Shown: positions 9,893-17,796 of the stretch, one piece after another
Layout of the letters: each line of letters opens with the position of its first letter
Numbering within the stretch: position 1 is the first letter of the stretch
Assembly: GCA_964552005.1 (NCBI GenBank)
Contig: CAZKFC010000001.1
Span: 29,983-93,982, forward strand
Length of the DNA: 64,000 nt
Origin: an uncultured Methanosarcinales archaeon
Lineage (GTDB): Archaea; Nanobdellota; Nanobdellia; Woesearchaeales; GW2011-AR15
Direction of reading: 5' to 3'
The notes under the pieces: model-generated
Databases searched by the model: none
The model's input: the letters and a program-made list of their open reading frames with translations, nothing else
What the model was told of the DNA's origin: nothing
Program-made: the position numbers and the translations under genes

Positions 9893-11298
9893 CCTACAGA
9901 ACCTTCCATATTCAATTCTATTAATCTATTTAACTCAATAGCATATTCCATTGGTAATTCCCTAACAAACTCGTCCATAAAACCTCTAACTATCATGCCC
10001 AAAGCTTGTTCTTCAGAAAAGCCTCGGCTCATTAAATAAAACAATTGCTCTTCACTAACACGGCCGACTGAAGCTTCGTGTCCAATCGAAACATCATTTT
10101 CTTGTATTTCCATATAAGGAATTGTATCGGTTGCAGATTTTTCATCTAATATTAAAGCATCACAGACAACATTAGATTTAACATTTTTACAACCTTTAGC
10201 AACTCTTAACAATCCTCTATAAGTTGTACGGCCGCCATCTTTTGATACAGACTTTGATGTTATCTGTGAAGTTGTATTAGGAGCCATGTGCATTATTTTG
10301 GCACCGGCATCTTGAACTTGGTTTTTACCTGCAAATGCTACTGATATAACTTCGCCATGTGCTTTCTCTCCTTTTAATATTATAGCAGGATATTTCATAG
10401 TTACTTTACTACCTAAATTACCGTCAATCCATTCAACTCTTGCATTCTTTTCAGCTGATGCTCTTTTAGTAACCAAATTATAAACATTCTGAGACCAGTT
10501 TTGGATTGTTGTATATCTAATTGTAGCGCCTTCTAATGCAAATAATTCAACTACAGCAGAATGTAAAGAATCTGTTGTGTAGACTGGGGCAGTGCACCCC
10601 TCAACATAATGAACATAACTGCCTTTGTCTGCTATGATTAGAGTACGCTCAAACTGCCCTATGTTCTTCGCATTTATCCTAAAATATGCCTGCAACGGCA
10701 GATCAACTTTTACTCCAGAAGGAACATAAATAAATGAACCGCCAGACCAAACAGCTGTGTTGAGAGCTGCGAATTTATTGTCTGTATAAGGGACAAGCTT
10801 TCCAAAATATTTTTTTACTAGCTCAGCATATTCACGCAGGCCACCATCCATGTCTAGAAAAACAACACCTTTGTCCTGTAAATCTTTTTTCAGGTTATGA
10901 TATATTACTTCAGATTCATATTGAGCACCGACACCAGCTAAAAACTTTTTCTCTGCTTCTGGAATACCAAGCCTGTCAAACGTATTTCTAATATCTTTTG
11001 GAACATTTTTCCAATCATCTGTCTGCTCTCCTTCCGGCTTGCCATAATAATATATGTCATCAAACTTTATTTTAGATAAATCTGCGCCCCATTTGGGCAT
11101 TATTCTGTCTTTGAAATGTCTATAAGCTTTTAATCTTAAATCAAGCATCCATTCCGGCTCATTCTTTATTTTAGAAATCTGCTTAATTATGTCTTCATTA
11201 AGGCCTTTTTTTGTTTTGAAAGAAAATTTCTCTGGATCTTTAAAGCCATATTTATATTCTGTATCCAGGTAATTCTTAACTTCCTTTATTTTAGTCAT
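9889..11298 (-). CDS. sufB: Fe-S cluster assembly protein SufB
   Basis: 469 aa with strongly conserved SufB blocks (…[20 protein letters not shown]…). 1-nt overlap with sufC. Confidence 0.9.
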   Translation of the reverse strand: MTKIKEVKNYLDTEYKYGFKDPEKFSFKTKKGLNEDIIKQISKIKNEPEWMLDLRLKAYRHFKDRIMPKWGADLSKIKFDDIYYYGKPEGEQTDDWKNVPKDIRNTFDRLGIPEAEKKFLAGVGAQYESEVIYHNLKKDLQDKGVVFLDMDGGLREYAELVKKYFGKLVPYTDNKFAALNTAVWSGGSFIYVPSGVKVDLPLQAYFRINAKNIGQFERTLIIADKGSYVHYVEGCTAPVYTTDSLHSAVVELFALEGATIRYTTIQNWSQNVYNLVTKRASAEKNARVEWIDGNLGSKVTMKYPAIILKGEKAHGEVISVAFAGKNQVQDAGAKIMHMAPNTTSQITSKSVSKDGGRTTYRGLLRVAKGCKNVKSNVVCDALILDEKSATDTIPYMEIQENDVSIGHEASVGRVSEEQLFYLMSRGFSEEQALGMIVRGFMDEFVRELPMEYAIELNRLIELNMEGSVG

Positions 11299-12029
11299 TA
11301 CGACACCTTCAGAATTTTATAGCCTTTTTTCTCTATTTCTTCAGCTAATTTATAAGAGCCAGATTTCACAATTTTACCACTCATTAGAACATGCACTTTA
11401 TCTGGTTTAACATGATGTAAAATACGTTGATAATGTGTAATAATTAAAACACCTAACTCAGGACCAACTAGTTTTTTAACTCCTTCTGCCACTATCTTTA
11501 ATGCATCTATATCTAATCCGGAATCTGTTTCATCTAAAACAGCATATTTAGGTTGTAATACAGCCATTTGCAATATTTCAGTACGTTTCTTTTCTCCACC
11601 TGAAAAACCGACATTAACATGTCTTTTAGCAAATTCTTTGTTCATTTTCAATAAATCCATTTTTTCATACAGCATTTTCATGAAATCCATAACATTTATT
11701 TTAACATCTTTAACTTCATTATAAGCTGTTCTAAGAAAATTAGCTAATGACACACCTTGAATTTCAGAAGGATATTGGAATGATAAGAATAAGCCAGATT
11801 TAGCACGTTCATTTACTTCCATTTCTAATAAATTTTTACCGTCTAACTTAACAGAACCTTTTGTAATTTTATATTTAGGATGGCCCATCAATGCAAATGA
11901 CAATGTGCTTTTTCCAGAGCCGTTAGGTCCCATCAAAGCATGAATCTCGCCTTTTTTTATTGTTAGATTAATTCCTTTAAGAATTTCTTTTCCTTCAACA
12001 TTAACATGTAAATTTTCAATTTTTAACAT
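11298..12029 (-). CDS. sufC: Fe-S cluster assembly ATPase SufC
   Basis: ABC ATPase with Walker [13 protein letters not shown] signature FSGGEKKR and Walker [11 protein letters not shown]. Start placed at MLKIENLHV, the typical SufC N-terminus. The ORF track extends to 12053. Confidence 0.9.
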   Translation of the reverse strand: MLKIENLHVNVEGKEILKGINLTIKKGEIHALMGPNGSGKSTLSFALMGHPKYKITKGSVKLDGKNLLEMEVNERAKSGLFLSFQYPSEIQGVSLANFLRTAYNEVKDVKINVMDFMKMLYEKMDLLKMNKEFAKRHVNVGFSGGEKKRTEILQMAVLQPKYAVLDETDSGLDIDALKIVAEGVKKLVGPELGVLIITHYQRILHHVKPDKVHVLMSGKIVKSGSYKLAEEIEKKGYKILKVS

Positions 12030-12033
12030 AATT

Positions 12034-12387
12034 TCACCCATAGCAAATTTCACATTCTTTATCTGCCTTGGTATGATCGTGGCACACAGTACAAATAAAC
12101 CTAGACTGTTTCAACTTTTTGAGAATAATTTGAAATTCTTTTCTATATTCGGCTTCTTTTGAAGCAATTTTCTTTGCAGAAGCTTGAATTTCTTTTAGAA
12201 CTTCATCTTTAAACTTTATAACATCCCCTCTTTTTTTCTTTAGGTATTGAGAAACAGCAGCTTCTGTTAAATTCACAACTTTAGCTATATCTTTTTGTTT
12301 CAGGCCTTCTTTCTTCAAAGCAACAACATATTGTCTTCTAAGAGCAGGCAACACAAACCAAACTTCAACTTCTTGGGGAGTATCCAT
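12034..12387 (-). CDS. HTH transcriptional regulator (sigma-70 region-4-like / SufR-like) with a C-terminal CxxC...CxxC metal-binding cluster; first gene of the SUF operon
   Basis: Central HTH (LKQKDIAKVVNLTEAAVSQYL). C-terminus ICTVCHDHTKADKECEICYG carries four Cys and two His. Start placed at MDTPQ. The ORF track starts 15 nt upstream. Confidence 0.5.
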   Translation of the reverse strand: MDTPQEVEVWFVLPALRRQYVVALKKEGLKQKDIAKVVNLTEAAVSQYLKKKRGDVIKFKDEVLKEIQASAKKIASKEAEYRKEFQIILKKLKQSRFICTVCHDHTKADKECEICYG

Positions 12388-12426
12388 ACAAAAAATTAAC
12401 AATTGTTAAGAATATATAAAATTAAC

Positions 12427-12873
12427 TTATTTTAATTTTTGGAGCTCTTCCTGAAATTCTTCAGGATCTTTAAAGTCTTTATACACGGATGCAAATCTTA
12501 TGTAAGCAACCTTGTCTAATCTTTTTAGCCTGGTCATGACCATCCTTCCAATAAGCGAAGAAGAGATTTCAGTAGTATCTTTATTTTTTAGATGAAATTC
12601 AATATCTCTGACAATTTTTCTTATATCTTCTAAAGAAACAGGACGTTTCTCACATGCCTTTAAAATACCTTTTTCAATTTTTTCAATTTCAAACTTTTCC
12701 TTTCTACCGTCTTTTTTTATAATTGTCAAGTCTATGGATTCAATCCGCTCATATGTTGTAAATCGCTTGCCGCACACCAAACATTCTCTTCTTCTCCTTG
12801 TTGCAATGTCATTTTCAGTTTCTCTTTTATCAATAACTTTATTTTTAGATTTGTTGCAGTAAGGGCATTTCAT
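12427..12873 (-). CDS. nrdR: Transcriptional repressor NrdR (zinc ribbon plus ATP-cone)
   Basis: MKCPYCNK...RRRRECLVCGKRFTTYE zinc ribbon followed by an ATP-cone domain. This is the canonical NrdR architecture. The true start is the internal MKCPYC; the ORF track carries a 19-aa spurious N-extension. Confidence 0.85.
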   Translation of the reverse strand: MKCPYCNKSKNKVIDKRETENDIATRRRRECLVCGKRFTTYERIESIDLTIIKKDGRKEKFEIEKIEKGILKACEKRPVSLEDIRKIVRDIEFHLKNKDTTEISSSLIGRMVMTRLKRLDKVAYIRFASVYKDFKDPEEFQEELQKLK

Positions 12874-12974
12874 ATTTACAGGAAAAACACCATGAAAAAT
12901 AAAAAACCTTTGTTTTTTACTCACCCACAATTACTACAAAAATTTATTAACTCTGTGTTTCTTAAATAATAAAT

Positions 12975-13169
12975 ATGGGTCAGCAAGAAGTATTTAGTTT
13001 TCTTAAAGAAAACCGTGGTAAATGGTTCACTTCCAAGGATATTGCCCAAGGTTTAAGAGTATCATTGGGCTCTGTAACTAATAATTTAAAAAAACTGAGA
13101 AAAACAGAAAAAGACACTATTAAGTTTAAATTAGTTGGTAACAAATATTATTATATGTACAAAAAGTAA
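12975..13169 (+). CDS. Small winged-helix DNA-binding protein (64 aa)
   Basis: KDIAQGLRVSLGSVTNNLKKL helix-turn-helix followed by a beta-hairpin wing (KFKLVGNKYYY). Confidence 0.4.
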   Translation: MGQQEVFSFLKENRGKWFTSKDIAQGLRVSLGSVTNNLKKLRKTEKDTIKFKLVGNKYYYMYKK

Positions 13170-13197
13170 TAAAAGCACGTCATAATTCTAAACTTCC

Positions 13198-13854
13198 ATG
13201 TTATTTGTTGTTTCAACGCCCATAGGAAATTTAGAAGACATTACCTTAAGAGCGATTAGAATATTAAAAGAGAGCGATTATGTTTTAGCGGAAGATACAA
13301 GGCGGACATTGAAATTATTTGGCCATTATAAGATAAGAAACAAGCTTATCTCATATAATGACATTAATAAAAAGAAAAAAACACCCTCACTTATAAAAGA
13401 TCTAAAATCAGGAAAAAAGATTTCAATAGTGAGTGATTCAGGTACGCCCGGCATCAGTGACCCGGGTTTTTATTTAATAAGAGAATGTGTTAGAAATAAT
13501 ATTAGGGTTGTGCCAATTCCAGGGGCAACAGCAGCTATTTCTGCTTTAGTATGTTCAGGGTTGCCCACAGATAACTTTACTTTTTATGGATTTTTGCCAA
13601 AAAGCAAAACTAAAATTAAAGAAATCCTACACATGATAAAAGAAAAAAAAGAAACAATTATCTTATATGAATCACCTTATAGGATTATGAAAACATTGTC
13701 TTTAATGTCTGAAATTATACCCAATAAAGAAATTGTAATTGCAAGGGAGCTAACTAAGAGATTTGAGGAGTTTATTAGAGGAAAGCCGAGAGACGTCCTT
13801 AATAAAGTCGGGAATAGAAAAATGAAAGGTGAAATAACCTTAATAATAAAATAG
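13198..13854 (+). CDS. rsmI: 16S rRNA (cytidine-2'-O)-methyltransferase RsmI-like (tetrapyrrole-methylase fold)
   Basis: N-terminus LFVVSTPIGNLEDITLRAIRILKESDYVLAEDTRRT matches the RsmI signature. 218 aa. Confidence 0.75.
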   Translation: MLFVVSTPIGNLEDITLRAIRILKESDYVLAEDTRRTLKLFGHYKIRNKLISYNDINKKKKTPSLIKDLKSGKKISIVSDSGTPGISDPGFYLIRECVRNNIRVVPIPGATAAISALVCSGLPTDNFTFYGFLPKSKTKIKEILHMIKEKKETIILYESPYRIMKTLSLMSEIIPNKEIVIARELTKRFEEFIRGKPRDVLNKVGNRKMKGEITLIIK

Positions 13855-13857
13855 AAA

Positions 13858-14005
13858 AGGCGGGGAAAGCACTGTTTACGTGAGGTTTTTCTGACCAGGC
13901 ATTGAGCCAAAATTTTTGGACATGGAGTTACTCACGATTTCCATGCATTAAAATTGGCATAGGCTCTGGCGATAAACATACAGCGCTTTACCACCCCCAC
14001 CCAAC
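13858..14005 (-). ncRNA. Candidate structured ncRNA of unknown class in a GC-enriched convergent intergenic region
   Basis: About 150 nt markedly more GC-rich than its surroundings. 5' and 3' ends form a long-range helix (GGUGGGG/CCCCGCC and AAAGCGCUG/CAGUGCUUU). On the minus strand both mismatches become G-U wobbles, which is why I assign it to the minus strand. Internal hairpins: CGUGAG/CUCACG, CCAAAA/UUUUGG, CCAUGC/GCAUAGG. No tRNA T-loop. Confidence 0.25.
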
Positions 14006-14067
14006 ATACTTTTTGAGGTATGTCAAATAAAGGTATGCAATTGTAATATATATTTTTTTTGGAACTC

Positions 14068-14940
14068 TTATTTAAAAACCATGCTCACATAACTAACAGA
14101 ATTTTTATAATCATTTAAAACATCTCCTGATGTGTAATACATTAATAAATGGGGCCTTGGTTTTTTTTCTTTTAGTTGCATCATTTCTAAAAACACAAGA
14201 ATTGGCATAAAGCCACATATTGTTATGCCTGTCCTATTAACATATTCTTTAAATTTTGGAGCATCATATTTTTTTATTATCTCAATTGCGTCTTTGTCTA
14301 ATTTGGCTAGTCTTTTCGGGATATCAGAACTAAAAGGAACATATCTGTAGTTAGGACCGTAATGCGTGAAATCTGTGCTTACAATAGTAATAATAGTTTT
14401 ATTTGTTTTAATTAGATAATTATGTAATTGTTTAGCAATTTTTTCATACTCATGTTCCTTGCCAATTACAATTGGGACAATCCTTATATTAGGCAGCGTG
14501 TCTTTGTTGGAAAATTGTAGAAATGGCAACTGTACTTCTAACGAATGTTCTGTTATGTGGTTGTGTTCAGCAATCTCCAAATCAGTGTTTTCTTTTATTC
14601 CTCTGACCAAATCTTTATGTGTTTTTACTAATCCTAACGGTGTTTTCCAATCACCTATAGACAACCCCGAGCCACTACCATAATGATTAGGCCCCAATAA
14701 TAGAAACGCATCCGGAAATTTTGATTCTGCAATCTCTTTGTATGCCCAGGCAGCACATGCTCCTGAAAACATATATCCAGCATGCGGAACAAGTATTGCA
14801 GATATTTTCTTATCAGACCTTTTTTCAATTGGCAAATCACCAGGACCTCTTTTATCATAGAAACAATTTTCTATTTGTTTATTTAATGAGTCAAAAGAAT
14901 TTTCATAAAATTGTCCAGCTACGCAAGGTTCCCTGACCAT
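14068..14940 (-). CDS. MEMO1-family protein (AmmeMemoRadiSam system protein B)
   Basis: VPHAGYMFSG...LLGPNHYGSG...FTHYGPNY motifs of the MEMO1/AmmeMemoSam-B extradiol-dioxygenase-like family. Confidence 0.8.
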   Translation of the reverse strand: MVREPCVAGQFYENSFDSLNKQIENCFYDKRGPGDLPIEKRSDKKISAILVPHAGYMFSGACAAWAYKEIAESKFPDAFLLLGPNHYGSGSGLSIGDWKTPLGLVKTHKDLVRGIKENTDLEIAEHNHITEHSLEVQLPFLQFSNKDTLPNIRIVPIVIGKEHEYEKIAKQLHNYLIKTNKTIITIVSTDFTHYGPNYRYVPFSSDIPKRLAKLDKDAIEIIKKYDAPKFKEYVNRTGITICGFMPILVFLEMMQLKEKKPRPHLLMYYTSGDVLNDYKNSVSYVSMVFK

Positions 14941-14963
14941 CTCTTAAAAAATAATTTAGAAAT

Positions 14964-16109
14964 TTAAAAAGATTTCTTATATGTTGTTTCTAATTTTTTT
15001 GCTATTATCTTCCAATCATATTTTTTGACAAAAGTAAGAGCTTCTTTTACTTTCTTTTTATATAATCCTTTTTTGTTCAGCAGTTCTTTGATTTTATTTG
15101 CCAAATCTTCTGGGTTTTTTCTTTCAAACAAGAGTCCGCCTTTTCCATTGCTTGTTATTTCTTTGAACACTTCAATGTCAGAGCACACATAAGGAACACC
15201 ACAAGCCATACTCTCCAACAAAGTTATTCCAAAACCTTCAACAGTACCAGGATGGATTAATAAATGTGATGACTTAATTGTCTTAATAACATCATCATGA
15301 TTTTTTACAAAACCTAAAAATTCTATGTTCTTATTTAATCCTAACTGTTTAGTTAATTTAGCTAGTTTCTTTTTTTCAGGGCCATCTCCGATTATTTTAC
15401 ATTTAATTTTCGGATAGTCTTTTTTTAAGATAAAGATTGCCGTTATAATATCTTTAACTCTTTTATGACTCACTAGTCTGCCGGCAAAACATAATGTTGG
15501 ATATTTTGTTTTTTTAGCTTTGATTATTTTATATTTGTCTAATCTTATCCCGTTAGATATAACAACGATATTGTTTTTTGGAATTTCATTCTTAATTAAT
15601 TTTTTTTTTGTAAATTCAGATACAGAAATAAATCTTTTAGAAGAAAGTCTTGCACAAAACAACACAAATCGTTCTGCAATTTCTCCAATTATTCCAAGAA
15701 AGCTGTGTGTATTTTTTACCCAATTATTTAACCATGTTTCATGGTATGTTAAAAAAGAGTTCTTGACAAATAATGCAGAAGGATAACAAAAAAAACTTTG
15801 TGCATCAACAGCATCAATCTTATTTTTTTTAATAAAAAAAGGCAATTTCAACATTAAATTTAATCCAAATAATGTTCTTTTAATGAGGTTTCCTGTTGAT
15901 GTGTAAGAAAAGACAAGACCTATTCTGTAAATATTAACGTTATTAACCACGGTTTGTTTTTTCAAGCCAGGTTGTAAGGAACAAATAATGTAAACATCAT
16001 TGGTCTTTGCCAGTTCTCTACTGACATAATATACTCTGTTTTCAACTCCGCCGGTTATCTCTGCTTTATTAGAATTTGGAAAAAACTCAGTTAATATCAG
16101 AAGCTTCAT
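14964..16109 (-). CDS. Glycosyltransferase family 4 (GT-B, retaining)
   Basis: C-terminal EGFGITLLESMACGVP motif (the E-X7-E region) typical of GT4. Confidence 0.85.
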   Translation of the reverse strand: MKLLILTEFFPNSNKAEITGGVENRVYYVSRELAKTNDVYIICSLQPGLKKQTVVNNVNIYRIGLVFSYTSTGNLIKRTLFGLNLMLKLPFFIKKNKIDAVDAQSFFCYPSALFVKNSFLTYHETWLNNWVKNTHSFLGIIGEIAERFVLFCARLSSKRFISVSEFTKKKLIKNEIPKNNIVVISNGIRLDKYKIIKAKKTKYPTLCFAGRLVSHKRVKDIITAIFILKKDYPKIKCKIIGDGPEKKKLAKLTKQLGLNKNIEFLGFVKNHDDVIKTIKSSHLLIHPGTVEGFGITLLESMACGVPYVCSDIEVFKEITSNGKGGLLFERKNPEDLANKIKELLNKKGLYKKKVKEALTFVKKYDWKIIAKKLETTYKKSF

Positions 16110-16447
16110 TTTTTTCTTTTGATAAATGCAAGATTTCTTACTAACTTTGTGATTTCTCTCTCTGTTTCCTCAAGTTTGACATATAACCTAAATATTAAGT
16201 AAAACAACAAACTTATACTGACATATAATATGACGTCAACACCCCTGCCGATGCCAAGCAACTGAGCAAAATAACTTGTTATGCCCGGGAAAAAAACCAC
16301 AAATATAAGGCCACCCCAAATAGCAATCCATAAAAAAAACTCGCCCAAACTAATCTTTTTGTCTTTGGCTCTTAATACAGCCCTGCTTGCTGCAAAAGTT
16401 ACAAATACAAACGCCAGGATTTGAATTATGCTTAACATTTTAGCCAA
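16106..16447 (-). CDS. Small membrane protein, DUF2304-like; co-transcribed with the flanking glycosyltransferases
   Basis: 113 aa with 3-4 TM helices. 4-nt and 8-nt overlaps with the flanking GT genes. This architecture often accompanies Dpm1-like GT2 genes. Confidence 0.45.
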   Translation of the reverse strand: MAKMLSIIQILAFVFVTFAASRAVLRAKDKKISLGEFFLWIAIWGGLIFVVFFPGITSYFAQLLGIGRGVDVILYVSISLLFYLIFRLYVKLEETEREITKLVRNLAFIKRKK

Positions 16448-17141
16448 TTAACCTTTTTATGAGCATTTTTATGCCGAGCTCAATGCTCTGATTCCAATTT
16501 TGTCCTTTTTTTAGTGAATATCTGTCGTATATAACAGTAATGGGTACTTCTTTATATTTTAGATTATTTTTTTTAATTTCTTGGAAAAATTCTCCGGCAT
16601 GTTCCATTCTGTCAGCTGTTAAATTAATCTTTTCTGCAGCTTTTCTGGACATTGCTCTAAACCCAGACTGCGAATCTGTTATCTTTATCCCATATAAAAT
16701 AAAAACAACAATCACCCCTAATTTCAAGACAAGTTTCTTTAACAAAGGTATGTTAATTGTTTTTCCTAAAAACCGCGAACCCAATGAAATATCAGCTTCA
16801 TTTTTTAGGATTGGCATAACAACATTTTTAATTTCTTTTACAAGGAATTGGCCGTCTGCGTCAAACGTAACTATGATGTCAGCTTTTTTTTGTATGGCAA
16901 AATCAATCCCGGTTTTTAGGGCAGCGCCCTGGCCCCTGTTTATTATGTGTTTTAACACGTATACTTTTTCTTTTCTTGCAATTTCATAAGTTTTGTCAGA
17001 GGAACCATCATCTATAACTACAATGTTTTTGTAATTTTGTTTTTTTAAGTTAGAAATTACTTTTTTAATCCTTTTCTCTTCATTATAGGCAGCAATAACA
17101 ATAAAAATCTTTTGATTAAGCATGATGCTTGAGAAAAACAC
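16440..17141 (-). CDS. Glycosyltransferase family 2, dolichyl-phosphate sugar synthase-like
   Basis: IVIAAYNEEKRI...VIDDGSSD...DADGQF motifs of GT-A GT2. Confidence 0.85.
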   Translation of the reverse strand: MFFSSIMLNQKIFIVIAAYNEEKRIKKVISNLKKQNYKNIVVIDDGSSDKTYEIARKEKVYVLKHIINRGQGAALKTGIDFAIQKKADIIVTFDADGQFLVKEIKNVVMPILKNEADISLGSRFLGKTINIPLLKKLVLKLGVIVVFILYGIKITDSQSGFRAMSRKAAEKINLTADRMEHAGEFFQEIKKNNLKYKEVPITVIYDRYSLKKGQNWNQSIELGIKMLIKRLIG

Positions 17142-17173
17142 CTTTTTATATATATTTTATGAATAACACATAT

Positions 17174-17551
17174 TTATCGTCTAAACGAACTTATCTCCTT
17201 TTCAATATTTTTCATTTCCTGCTCTAATTTTTTTAATTCAGAAACAAATCCTTCTTTTGATGAGGACTTTAGTTCTGTGCCGATCCTTGCCGCCATGGCT
17301 CTTCTTGGCTGATTTTTTTCAATTGCTTTTCTTAGATGTGCCTTTGGCAATTTTGACTTTAATTTTGTGATCAATAATCCAAGTTCGTTCATGACATCTT
17401 TCATTTCTTTATACAATTTGGTCTTTTGATGCCTTATCTTCACCAATGTGTCAAAAGATTGTAAAGATTTAATTAGTTCTTTTGAATTTTCTAATAAATT
17501 TCTTCGCACATCTATTGGGTCGTAAATACCAACAAAAAAATCATCTTTCAT
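17174..17551 (-). CDS. Coiled-coil protein, paralog 3 of a tandem triplet
   Basis: 125 aa. N-terminal FVGIYDPIDVRRNLL resembles the FVKIDEYNDILD and FIRTDHYSQILT segments of the two upstream genes. C-terminal heptad-rich KKLEQEMKNIEKEISSF. Confidence 0.4.
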   Translation of the reverse strand: MKDDFFVGIYDPIDVRRNLLENSKELIKSLQSFDTLVKIRHQKTKLYKEMKDVMNELGLLITKLKSKLPKAHLRKAIEKNQPRRAMAARIGTELKSSSKEGFVSELKKLEQEMKNIEKEISSFRR

Positions 17552-17553
17552 TT

Positions 17554-17781
17554 TTAATATTTAGGCTCAAACAAGGTCTGGTCAATATATCTTAACTTTC
17601 TTTCCACATCGTCCAATGAAGCTTTCCACGCATCTAATTCCAGGTCTTCTTGGTTTTTCAGGTCATCAATTTTTCCAAGAATCATCCTGGCCTCTCTAAC
17701 TTTTTCATTGATAAGTGCAATTATGTCAAGAATATCGTTATATTCATCAATTTTAACAAAAACATTTTTGTCTTTGTGCAT
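17554..17781 (-). CDS. Small coiled-coil protein, paralog 2 of the tandem triplet (domain only)
   Basis: 75 aa. Shares N-terminal FVKIDEYNDILD and C-terminal LDDVERKLRYIDQTLFEP blocks with the C-terminal domain of the 294-aa gene. Confidence 0.4.
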   Translation of the reverse strand: MHKDKNVFVKIDEYNDILDIIALINEKVREARMILGKIDDLKNQEDLELDAWKASLDDVERKLRYIDQTLFEPKY

Positions 17782-17796
17782 ATTTTATCCCTCTTT

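Noticed and set aside
12874-12930. 19-codon N-terminal extension (MWVSKKQRFFIFHGVFPVN) of the NrdR ORF
   Set aside because: NrdR proteins begin at the MKCPYC zinc ribbon, so the extension is just an upstream in-frame ATG.
16540-16989. 149-aa plus-strand ORF overlapping the GT2 gene; also 15520-15786 over GT4, and 3535-3912 and 4123-4398 over the EamA transporter
   Set aside because: Antisense shadows of well-supported genes, with no motifs.
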